Source: Laetmonice hystrix
Taxonomy: Eukaryota
Assembly: GCA_965235115.1 (NCBI GenBank)
Contig: OZ249447.1
Location: forward strand, 11,966,001 to 12,030,000
Reading direction: 5' to 3'
Length of the DNA stretch: 64,000 nt
Positions 38,006 to 49,790 of the stretch are shown piece after piece (the stretch's first letter is position 1; every line of letters starts with the position of its first letter). The notes beneath the pieces are model-generated. The model was not told the origin of the DNA. It did no database searches and saw nothing but the letters and a program-made list of their open reading frames with translations. A program made the translations under genes and the position numbers.

Positions 38006-41000
38006 ACTTCACGTCACTTCTTTCACGGAGAGGGGTAACCCTAGCCAGTCACGGGTTAAGCAGAAGCTTTCATAAAAACAGTTTTTTTTATTACACTGAA
38101 GAAATACTTGTATTTCTCGATGTCTGAGAATACTCCCACTTGGTTCTATTGGGTGTTAACACCTTAAATGTGGATCTCTCCATTAGTAGCCGATTCAATC
38201 GTCAAATGATAGGTCAATGTTTGCCTCCTATACTTCCTATCACGACCTCTAGAATGATATAAAAAAAATAGAAAGGTTTATGGACAATATAATGTGCACA
38301 TATTTTCCTTCCTGCCCATGTAGTCTCCTTGATGTATGGATTCGACAAGTTATACAAGTTGTGATATACTTTTACCCACTTACCTACCCTATTCCCTAGC
38401 GCATAATATTTCAAATTTCAAACAGCTCAGTATGTCCTATTCAAAATGTGACACTCACAGATACACGACCTTGTTTTGATAGGGCTGTTCTGTTATCGGT
38501 TGTTACCCCCAACCAATGCATGGAGTGCCTTTTCGGAATTAGAATTTAAAAAGATCTACTCACAATATATCCAGATAAGTTTGAGATGGTTGCTATGGTG
38601 TCAGACGGTAATTACAGACGGTATTTCAATGCAGCTGAAATAACGCCTACAGTGATTGTACGTGTTTCTTCGTCACGGAAAGTCTGCCCGGACTGTTCCA
38701 ACATGTATCGGATCTCGACTCAATTATAACTCTGACATGTATCAGTCTAATATTACAATTGATTGTTATGTAGGTTGAATCAACCTTAGATTTAGACTAC
38801 ACGAAGCTCTCAGCCATCTCCCTAACCCATCTCCCTACCCACATAATCAGTCGTCCTATCCTATAACCCACACCCTACCATGTCCACCAATTCATCTCAA
38901 CTCACTACCATGTTTAACTTATCTAACATGTCATCAAATCTTATTCCATTTTTACCAACTCTAATAACATCAGCCCTCAAATGAGACAGAACTTCCAGTC
39001 ATTTGTTTTCTTCTGATAGACGCCAACTAAGCTTTTCAATAATAGCATGAAGTCTGAGACGAAGATATGTTAATACTGAAAAGAAAGCAACGACTCGCCA
39101 ACCTACCTGGAACATAGTCTGGAAACGTTACTTAGTTTGTCCTGATTAAGTCTTGTCGCTCACATCAGGTCAGCGATGACCTGCAAAGTCAACATGTCAT
39201 ACACATGTATATTATTACGATTTTATGGCCAGTAAATGACTGCTTTAATGAAACATAAAAAGATGGAAATAAAAGCGCAAAAACAAAAGCCATAAATATG
39301 ACATCGTTATTAATTACCAATATTTATGAGGCACATTCATAAGACACTTAAAATAAAAATATATTGTTCTCACATAATTTACAATTATGAATCTGTTGAC
39401 AAGAAGTAATTTACACACATAAAGAGGAATTAAAAACTTCCTGTCGAGACAAAATAATAAAACAGCAACTAAACAAAGAATGCAACAATAGAAAATATGG
39501 GTCACAGGACATGGAAGGGTGGTTGGAGCCTTCATACCAATATCTCTGATAAATTTCTTTATTCTACTCAAACCTTACTCAGTGGCACTACAAGATTTCT
39601 AGGACGAAATTCGAATAATTGACCATTATTTCGCTTGCACTTTAATCAGAGCAAACATTATTCTCTTCAGTGTGAAAGCTGTAGGCCTACTGCAATCACC
39701 AACTTTCTGTATGAGCTTTCTTTTCTTAACGTTTTTCTTTTCAAACTGTTATAAACTAATTGAGCCCTCTGTGTTGGTGATGACGGATACAGATCGTGAA
39801 AGCAGGCTGAATATGGGCGGGCGACTGTGCTCAGTCAGCCGTGTCTATAAGATACCTGACAGAAAGTCCCCAGTCTACACTGACCGTCTATATATAGAGT
39901 GTATCAGGCACAATGCATGTGTGAACATCATCAGGACATCCAGAACATTTTGTGGTTATATTTATCTTAACGAAAAATTATATAGGGCTAATAAATAACA
40001 TTTAAACAAATTTAAGTGGCATCATATATGCGTATCCTGATCATATAGTATCTCGGACAGGTATTATGTACATCAGGCAGTAGGTCTGCTGTCCCAGAGG
40101 ACCACTACCTCCATATCGTGCTAACCTGACCGCAGGCCCTGTCAATGGGGCCTCGGGTTTATATACCATCATTGTCTGATTTATCCTGGAACAGAAAGTG
40201 CAGCTGTTCCTAACCCCAACAACCCCATAATGTGACATGACCCTCACCCCATCGCCCTTACAAACAAACCATCTTACAAGTTTCTTTATTCATATTCCGT
40301 ACATCAAAACGAAGGTAGGTCCAAGTCTATACACGGATTCATCACACCATGGAATTGTTCTTGTCTAAAAAAACTAACTGCAATAATAGTTTGAGGCCTA
40401 CTATCTTTGCCTAAAGAAAGAAAACAAAAAACAAACGAAAGATTGACCCGATATAAGCTAGGCCTAATTTGCATGATAAAATAGCGGCACGCCCCCAACC
40501 CAGATAATACACCGACTCGTCTACGATAACCAGGAGAGAGATACACACAAATCTGCTATATATATTTAAACTTTCGCGCAGTAGGCCTATTACCACGAGT
40601 CCCCTGTATATATATGCCTACTAAAAAGGGTAAGCTAACTCGTATACCAATCACTGAAGTTTCCTTTGACAGCGAGAGCAACGGCGATATGTCACGCATA
40701 TATAATCTGACTACCTTTCTGGACAACCTAACCTAGGCCCAGGCTAATTCACACGTTTCGTGTAAAAAAACAAAGCGTCAAGTTTTGGGGTTTTGCTTTT
40801 GGCATCAAACTCAAAGTGCGATGGTCGCGAAGGAAGGATTTTATTATTGAGTGTGTAAGTGTCACCGATGTCGACGGAGAACACTTCTTCTATACTCCAG
40901 CCGATTCTACCGTTGAAGGCCTATACGTCGACTTGGCAGCGCCAGCTCGCACAACAAAAATAAACACACACAACTGTATAAATTCCTTCCGCCCGTAGCG

Positions 41001-43098
41001 ACAGAACTGGGCCATGACATCCCATCTGGTGGGTCTGTAAGTGGAGAATTTCACTAACAACTGCTCGACTTTTCATACGTCAAAAACACGAGATGCACGC
41101 AGGCCTGCCACGAGTGTACAATTATTGTGAGAGGGGTTTAAGGGCGGAACCAGCGCCGACTCGATCTTGTCTGGCACGGATTCTGTGAGCCATGTTTACA
41201 TCAAGGATGTTTACGTTGTCAGCGGAAATGGAACTTTCTACCAGTGGCCGTCGATGCCAATGTTCCTTAATGCTCCCTTTTTATCGAGCCACTTCTCAAA
41301 CTTCAGTTCTCCACTGGCCATCTCTCGCCGGCTACACTCCACAAGAAGCCATTAACCTGACCCAATTCCCCTCCGTCCTCAGGCCCCATTCAACGTGAAG
41401 TCCGATTTTGTTTATCAATGCCGAAGCCATAGCCGCATGCCCGAATCAACAAAACATTCACTAAACCTAGGCTACCCCATTCCATCCAAATCTAGATTTC
41501 CGGTTTGCTCGCGAGTTAAGCTACCTCTAACGAATAACGAATAGTTATGACACGACCAAAACTGTTCAGTGACACCAACCAAACGGAGACACGCGCTCAG
41601 TGCCGCTGTCACATTATTAACGCGCACCACAGCCTCATTTGCTATGCAAATTGTTTATCTCTCCCTTCAAATCCCGGTCCTAAATAACAACAACAACAGC
41701 CTTCGAATATCTCAACATGCAGGGCTTAACAGCATGCGTGCAAATTATAAAGTGAAAATAAACTCCACTAAATCCAGCAGGGTTCAATGAACTCACCCCT
41801 TTGCCAAGTTTTCCCGGGCGCTCCTGCTTGATAAATCGCCGAAATTTTTCAGCCTGAAAGACAACACTTATGGGGCCTTCTCACAGCTGTAAATAAAAAT
41901 ATATCAATGCTCCTATTACCCTGTACACAAGTGCGTATTAGACGCCAAGACAATGTGATGTCATATCACGGATGTAGATTTTAGTGCACTGTTTGGCAAG
42001 GAATGAGAATGTAGCGCGTTAACACTTTCTTAATTCCCGAGAATGCAGCTACCAGGGGACCTACTTTATCTCGCTACAGGCAGACATTGTTATTAAAAGT
42101 AGTACACAGTCTGCTGACGTCACGCGCACCTGCTGTGTAAACACAAAATAACAAACAAATTTTTGCCGGGATGAAATCTACGTACTGCAGAGGTATGTGC
42201 GTATCCCGCCTGAGTATTTGGCATCGCGAGAATAAGAAGACATGTTTCTTTTTATCACTGGCAGTTGTCATTGATTCTAAACCGTTGTTTGAAACAGATG
42301 GCCGGAGCGGGATAAAAAGTACGTCGGGTAGTCATTTTTGCGGCACCAAAACAGACTCAACGCAACACGTCAGAAAGCGTGATAAGGACAGAAATGGTGA
42401 TGTCGTAGTCTCGATGCATTGGGACAAATATGGGGTATAAATTTGCATTATGGAGTATCTGAAGTTCAAATACCGGCATTTCTGTGTTTATTTTTGCAGA
42501 GCCGGTTTGAGAGGCGGCTGTGAAGGGGGAGGAGCTAGGGCGGCGGCGTGCAACCCGCAGACGACAGGTCATGCAGAGGCCGAGATGGCGGGGAGGCTGC
42601 TCACCAATGTAACTCACTGCATCCACACTAGGGGCGCCACTTTCCAGGGATGGGTCTGCTGAGAAAGGCAGGGGCTCCCATTATCAATGGTTCTGCTTCT
42701 GTTAACGAAGGCATTCAGCTTATTCCGGATCACGCTCATTAAATGACAGGTACAATATATACAAAGGCTAAAATATGTAACAATCGAATAACATATCGAA
42801 TCGGTTACACTTCAAAAGTCTATAGGTAAAATTGTAGGTGTAATATTATATTTTATTTATTACCGTATGATATTCAGGGAAAAAGAACGACAGAAAACTT
42901 TATGTAACCACACGAAGTTTGAAAATATGAAACGCCGTCAATGGAACCGATCAAAGATTTTACAAGCTGACCATATGTGACGCGATTTAACGTAAAACAA
43001 GATAAAACAGGACGTATAGGCCTATGCCTCATGGATTTTCTGAAAAGGGTGTAATACATGAAATATTTACTACCTCGTGAAGAATTTCGGATCTTCTC

Positions 43099-43275
43099 GG
43101 CGGATCCAGGGTCTAAATTTAGGGGGGTCCTAGCGGGGTCCAGCATAAAAAGGGCAAATCGAGGGGGGGTCCGTTGTAAAAACAATGAGGCATCTTGGTT
43201 ATAAAAAAATTAAATTTGGCAAATTTGAGGGGGGGGGGGTCCGGACGTCGCCGACACCCCCTGGATCCGCCACTG
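43099..43275. mobile_element. MITE with GGCGGATCCAGGG terminal inverted repeats and internal poly-G
   Basis: GGCGGATCCAGGG at 43099 and CCCTGGATCCGCC(ACTG) at the right end form a 13-bp perfect TIR. No clear TSD. Confidence 0.65.
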
Positions 43276-43944
43276 CAAAACTACCTCGTCGCTATGCAGT
43301 TACGGGCAGAGCGACAGAACATGTGATATGGTACCAAACCAAGTGCGCCATCTGGTGATGAATAGTCAAATCTTCTATCGTGCCAACACTATAGTTCCTA
43401 GTCAAAACACAAGGTGGCTCTGGCTCAAGCTGCGCCTGTCAACTCTGGACAGCGAAACCAACCTAGCTATTGCTATACATAATTGCGCACTTATATCAAA
43501 CCTCCATCCCCCTGCTTGTGCAACAACCAATCGAAAATATATTTCAAGGGTGCTCTGTCGCTAAAATATAGGTAGGCCTATAAGAGCCTATTTATGTTCC
43601 TTTATAGATACACAGGATGTAGGCTAGGCCTATACATTTTGCCGCCATTTAAAGGTAGGGCAAGGCCTACATGTATTGCATTCGTGAAAAGGGATGGAAA
43701 TTGGGCCAATAGTTTACCTACGACCTTAAAGTTCGGGGGAAACAATAGTGTGAGCTACAACACTACCTCGTCAAAATAATAGGATGAACCAAGAGTCGGC
43801 ACCGAACGACCTTCCTTGTTAATATGAGACTATTATTGCTCCCCCTGGCGTGTGGCAGCCACACTGATATGCATGCCGTTGTAACGGGTTGAATTTAGCG
43901 GGCCGTGTGGGGATGAACCCGGGGCAGGCCTAACCATAGGAAGG

Positions 43945-45204
43945 ATGGACTCAGAGGGTCCGGACCCGGCGGATAGAGCCCGGACCCCCGCAACCGTCGT
44001 CATTGTCGGCCTCTGCGCTCTCTTACTGCTCGGCCGGCTTGTGATGTGTATACTGAGAGTGCTCAACAACTACCACATTGGACCTGTGCGGCTTAGATAC
44101 GATCGCTTCACCAAGTTACTGCAAGCCGTGTTACGGGGATCCTCATTATGGAGACAAGAATCCCACTCGGCATCTATCGACAAACTGCCTGACGAATGTC
44201 TTGTTGCCATATTCCGCCACTTGAAGCACAGCCATTTAATGCGGTGCGGCTGGGTTTCAAAACGATGGAGACGGGTCAGTCGTGAGCAATGCCTCTGGCA
44301 GGACGCCGACTTTTCATGGCTCACCAAATCACCTTGTTCACATCAGTCTGGGTACGTGAAAACGGAGCGATACACAATCCATCTCTTGAAATCGATCGAC
44401 CGAGTCGGCTTGCGTTCGCTCCGCTACGCCCCCTGGCGGGTGATGGACGAACGAACGTCGGCGTGTCTCGCACGTTTATTGCTGTCTCGCCGGACGAGAG
44501 AAACACTGCGGACTGTCCACCTGGTGTGGATCCAGTCATGGGAGGAGGTTTCCGGGGAAACCTTCGAAACAACATTCCTGCTGTTTCTCGGCTTGCTCTC
44601 GGTGATTGGAGAACGCTGCCCTGAGGTGAGGACGCTTCACGTCCAGCTCAACTGGACGCTTGACGCGGTGGAGACGCTGACGTCATTGACTCAGTTACAG
44701 CGTCTTGAGATTGACTGCATGCCGCGCGTTCACACCATCCAGAGATGGCAGCTCGAGCGGGTCGTCAGCCAACTCGTCTATCTACGCTACTTCAAACTGC
44801 TCGTCGCTATCCTACCTCAGAACACCCAGCGCTACTGCCTGCGTTCAGACTCCTTAGAATACCTGGATGTTTCACACTGTACAAACCTTCATCTTGTTGA
44901 GTTGTATTTGCCCAAACTAAAAACTCTAAGAGCAGTTGGCTTGCGCTTCTACAGCACGACGAGTCCAACATGTCTGTTTCATGTACTCAGACATGGCTGC
45001 CCTACCCTTATGTTATTAGAAGGGGATGCGAGTTTGTCAACTGATATTCTATTAAATCCACAACTCGATAATCTTGGGTTGGGTGACGTTGAATGCCATA
45101 GATTACGAATATGTAATTGTAGAGAGCATAATAGAAGAACGAAGGCGACAGGAAAATTGGAACTTTATGTCAGAACGAGTCCAAGTCGGGCAGACGCCCC
45201 CTAG
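43945..45204 (+). CDS. F-box protein with LRR-like C-terminal region and N-terminal hydrophobic (transmembrane-like) segment, 419 aa, intronless CDS
   Basis: 419-aa ORF with good start context (AGGATGG). F-box motif IDKLPDECLVAIFRHLKHSHLMRCGWVSKRWRRVSREQCLW at residues ~78-118. Leucine-periodic segments follow (LTSLTQLQRLEI, SLEYLDVSHCTNLHLVELYLPKLKTLRA). Residues 17-40 are hydrophobic. Confidence 0.9.
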   Translation: MDSEGPDPADRARTPATVVIVGLCALLLLGRLVMCILRVLNNYHIGPVRLRYDRFTKLLQAVLRGSSLWRQESHSASIDKLPDECLVAIFRHLKHSHLMRCGWVSKRWRRVSREQCLWQDADFSWLTKSPCSHQSGYVKTERYTIHLLKSIDRVGLRSLRYAPWRVMDERTSACLARLLLSRRTRETLRTVHLVWIQSWEEVSGETFETTFLLFLGLLSVIGERCPEVRTLHVQLNWTLDAVETLTSLTQLQRLEIDCMPRVHTIQRWQLERVVSQLVYLRYFKLLVAILPQNTQRYCLRSDSLEYLDVSHCTNLHLVELYLPKLKTLRAVGLRFYSTTSPTCLFHVLRHGCPTLMLLEGDASLSTDILLNPQLDNLGLGDVECHRLRICNCREHNRRTKATGKLELYVRTSPSRADAP

Positions 45205-46705
45205 CCTAATTATTAACCCGACACGCTGACCCCTAGCCTCAGGAACAACCAGATAGGCCGACCTTCTTGGAAAATGAGCTAAAAACAATCTAAATAGTTA
45301 AAGAGGACGGAGGCGTGTCGGGTGGAGGCCTATGATTCGATGACTTGGACACAGGCGTGCGTTCAGGACTTTGAGTGGGGGGCGGCGTTTGGGGGCCATT
45401 CAAGACTATAGCATTCATAATAATAATAATTCTGACTCGATTACACAACGTAGTTGTGAATTTCTAGCGATGAGAGTCCCTCTTTGCGATTATTAGGCCC
45501 CACGACTTGTGACCAAATTGAAAAACTTTGTTGCAATACACGTGCCCAGTTCCCCGTTTAAATCCACTGCTGAGCTACAAGACATCTATGGCCATCTGTA
45601 CCTGGCGAGGACCGCTGTGACTGAACATCCGATTTTAAATAACAATTAAAGCGTGCTAATTCTTGCTGAGTGATGTTAAACATATTTTGTATCATTACAT
45701 TATGGTCGACATCATGTGAAAACCATCACTGCAATGGGGCCATGTACGCCCCTGCTTGAAGTATGTATATTATCTTCGTCCTAATACGGTTTGGGTAAGA
45801 TGTATATTATCTTCGTCCCAATACGGTTTGGGTAAGCCACCAGCCTAAGCAGTGTCTTCATACGATGTTACCATACAGTCTCATCAATGTCCCCATACGA
45901 TACCGTATAGGAAAGTGAACACAGTCTGAATAACGTATAATTACGATGTCCCCGTACAGTTTTTGTGAGTTTGAAAGCCTGAAACATGCCATACATAGCG
46001 AGGGCGTCCGGTGCACTTTGTCCAATTGAAAAAAAGGACAAAAAGAAAACCGCCTGAAATGGAAAGCCGAACAGACACTTCATCCATGACATCTTGCTGT
46101 TAGAACAATATAAGGATTCTTGTAAACATGACCTTGATCTCTTTATGATGAATAAAGTGGATATTCTTTTTCTTTTATATACACATGTACATATCCTTGG
46201 AAGGGGCGGAAAACTAGCTTCCATCTCCCCTCTGACCTGGTGCGACCCCTCTGCCTTTAGTCTGTGCACTTCGGTAGGTCTAGGCCAGTGAATTATCTTT
46301 TTCTGTGAATGGCCCGCGACATTTTTGTCGGTGTGACTGGCCCATCATAAGGAAAGAGTTCCACGCCCTTCCATACGGGACTAGATAATGTGACCACTTT
46401 TATAAGTCTACAGTCGACCGTGACAGGCGGACTGGAGTATTAAACCTTGTGTTTTGGTTACTCCTCGCGCATTGATCCGTGAATTATCCGGGTCACGGAG
46501 TGCAGGATCCAATCCATGTCGTAATTATCGGATCTTTGTTTTGGTACACTTATGGCGTACCCTAACTTCATTCGTGTTTGTTATTTCAGCCCAAACAATC
46601 TGAAATCCGATCGTATCACTTTCATGCGAGTGGCCCGACAGACGAGAACAAACACAGGTCCGATCTGTTGTCGATATTTCCTTCCGTCTACGAAGCAGCA
46701 GAGCG

Positions 46706-48387
46706 ATGTCGTCAGAAGACTTTCTGGGTAAGCAGAAAGAAAAAGTTTACCTCCTTAGACTTTCGGTGTTAGTGAAAGGAAACTATATAATTTAGCCGTA
46801 GGACTCGCTGATGGGTCAGTAGAATGAAGTATTTGCACCCAGATTTTCTGGATAACGTTCACAGATATTCTGGTTGGTCGTAGGCCTAGAAGAAATCTTT
46901 TCTTCCCACAGGCTGTAATTTCGTACCAACTCTTCCTTTATTTCTAACCCTTGTACAGTTGTGTGCATGATAATGGCTATTGCCACTGTGTCTCTGTATA
47001 CAGTCCTGTCTCTGTCTGCCTGCCCGTCTGTCTGTCTCTCTCCTTGCGATTGGCTAAAACACGGGGATCCAATCGATATGACTTTTGATGTTTGTGTGTC
47101 ATGGAAGGAGAACGTTTTAAAAAAGCTAGGTGTCATTTCAATTATTTATTTCTCAAATTGTATAATCTATTTACAGTCAATAACATCAGTGATTCGTCGC
47201 TGGGCAAGATTTTCCAACGTGGACCAACAGGACTGGGCTCGAATGGCACCCACTTCGTCCTTTACAACTCGCGTCCCGGGCGTGTCCTGAGCGGGCCCTT
47301 TCTCGCACTCTGTATCTGGCAGATCCTGGCCACAACAGCCTGTCTTATCCTTCAGGTCGCCAACCGGAACTTACGTCAGCACGGTATCTGTGACGTGAGA
47401 ACGAACCTGTTATTGTTGTGCGTGGTTGTTGGACTTGGCATCCACCTGCCGCACGTGTACCAGGCTCAGATGGTCAACCCGCTCACGTGGAGGGATCCCT
47501 CGCCGCTCTTCTGTCGGATGTACATTCTGCTGGAGCAGCTTGTCTTCTCCACCCTGCCGTTTGTAGTACTCGCCATCAACGTCCACACAGCAATACGTCT
47601 CCGTGCCCACACTCGCCCAGTGCCTTACCTAGGCGATCGCCGCTGTCACAGCACTTCTGTCCTCTTACCGCTCTTTCTGGGTTTACTGGAAACCACTCTA
47701 TTCTCTGCCGTCTTCTTTCCCCAGTTTTCCGTGTATGAAAACGGACTTTGCCAGATAAGTCTTGGTACTACATACTTTCAATACTTCGTTGCTTTCACGG
47801 CAGCCCTTCGTTTCGTGCTGCCTATGGTAGCTGCCTTGATTTGCACCTGCTTTCTGAGTTGGAGGATTTTGATTGGTCGGGTGCCGACGCGCTCCACGAT
47901 TGTCATAAACGACGCGTCACGTGGCCAACAGGCGAATTCTGAGGGAGTTGAGCTTTGTGACCGCCAGGTGGCGGTAGTATTATGCATATTTAACGTATTC
48001 TACATCTGTCTTGTTGCGCCCCATAACATCCTGTTTCTATACTTGTACATCCCTCGGTCGGTGTGGACGGAAGGGTTGGACTTCGAGGCGATCGATGCGG
48101 CAGGTGTGGCAGTGATCCAATGTCACAATGCCTTCTGGGCCATGCTGCCCATCTTCTGGCTTCTCCTCCAGCAACATGCGTGGACCAAGCTTAACCGAGT
48201 TCGGGGCACATGGTGGCTGGCGCCAAGGGGGCTGGCGTCATGGAGGCTAGCGTCAAGGGGGCTGGCGTCATGGAGGCTTGCGCGAGGCCGACGCATGCCG
48301 GCGGCTGCGGCTGGCGTTGACGGATACGTGTGCTGTGACGATAACAAAATGTTGGTCCTCGATACTACATGTGTCCAGGACGAATGA
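46706..48387 (+). CDS. Orphan rhodopsin-like (class A-type) 7TM GPCR, highly divergent; two coding exons (46706-46727, 47177-48387), ~410 aa
   Basis: Seven hydrophobic segments, N-terminal sequons (NIS, NGT), Cys at top of TM3 (LFCRMY) and in ECL2 (GLCQI), prolines in TM5 (FVLP), TM6 (CLVAP) and TM7 (MLPIFW). ATG at 46706 (MSSEDFL) ends at a phase-1 donor G/GTAAGC that joins in frame to acceptor TCTATTTACAG/TC at 47177. Confidence 0.85.
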
Positions 48388-49790
48388 CACATACTGTTAC
48401 CATCGAGACCGACACCACAGTTGTCCGGGAAACTGTTGCTATGACAACTGACACCACAGGAGTCCTCGAACGTGTTACCATGACGACAAACACTGACTCT
48501 TACCATAACGACGCACATCGTAGATAATATACATATAAAGGAAAGTACAGTCTCAGCAACATAGTGTGTGTATGGTGGGGGTGGTGGTAAAAACGTCAGG
48601 AGACTGGGTTGGCCCACGAAAGGTGTGCTCACTATTATATAATCCATGTTGCCAGCACTCCTCACGTCAAACAGACATTTTCCGGTGCAATGAGAATGAG
48701 ACGTTTACGGACAGACAATCTCTACATGATCCTCCAGGGAGGTTAGCCTTCCAGCTGGCCCCACAGATTAGCCAATCAGGCCACTCGGCCGGGAGGCTGG
48801 TTGGTCGGGACCGACTGGAGGTCGCTTGGCCCGGCCATGCAGCCGGCACTTCCCGCCAACGGCAGACCTTTCGAAAAACCGTTCATGAATTATACGGACG
48901 CCGAACATTCACCCCGACGTAGCTTGACAGGAGTTCTGACGGGAGCTTACTTCACGTGGAGTTTTAGGTGTGTTGATTTACTTGAACTATGAACCCCCAC
49001 CGGGTAAACTCATAGTGCGCGAGACGTGCCAAGTGAGGCCTCCAGGCGTTAGTTGATTTGTCTGCCTTAGTTCCAACAGCGGCAGTAATGTGGAGAAGAG
49101 CATCCTATATACTCGTTCTAAATACGTCACTCATGTTAACTATAGCCGTCGTACTTTATGCCAAGGCATAAAATAGCATTTTAGAAGTGCGCAACCTGGC
49201 ACATTTAGGGGGAGGTTTTTTTTAGATCATTGTATATTAAAGCGTTTCTGGTGCAGATTTCATGCATGAGACTCTTTGTGAGATTCTTTGTGAGACTCTC
49301 ACACTTTGTCTTTCATTCTCTCTGTCTGTACGGTAGAATGTGGGTGCAGGAGGAGTATACTTTCTGTGTTTCATATATAGCGCATAATTACGCCTTACCT
49401 CACGCATCCGGAATCAGATAGAAAGCGTGAGAGACTCCAAGTAATCAAACGCCCACTGTATACTTTGAACGCCGTGTTTGCCCGGGCTGTTGTGTACCTC
49501 CGCACAGAACATAGCTCCCCACATCAATTCCCGAAAAATGAATTGTAAGCGCAGCTACAACGATAATATTACGTGCATTATTTGAAACAGCTAAATCATA
49601 TTTTTAGTGTGATATCAATAGGTTCTTATAGGTGAGCGGAGTAGGTTATGAAACCGACTTGGGCCGAATGTCCAGGGGGCGTCCAGGTATACACTTACAG
49701 TGGGCCTTTAAAATAAGCGGTCGACATGGTTTTAAAACTTCATTGTAACCTTTGAAAAAATATCATACATGATGACATGAGATCACGATC

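Noticed and set aside
47092-47176. N-terminal extension of the GPCR ORF (MEGERFKK...NLFT)
   Set aside because: AT-rich and ends in TCTATTTACAG, a typical intron 3' end. An in-phase upstream exon with ATG exists.
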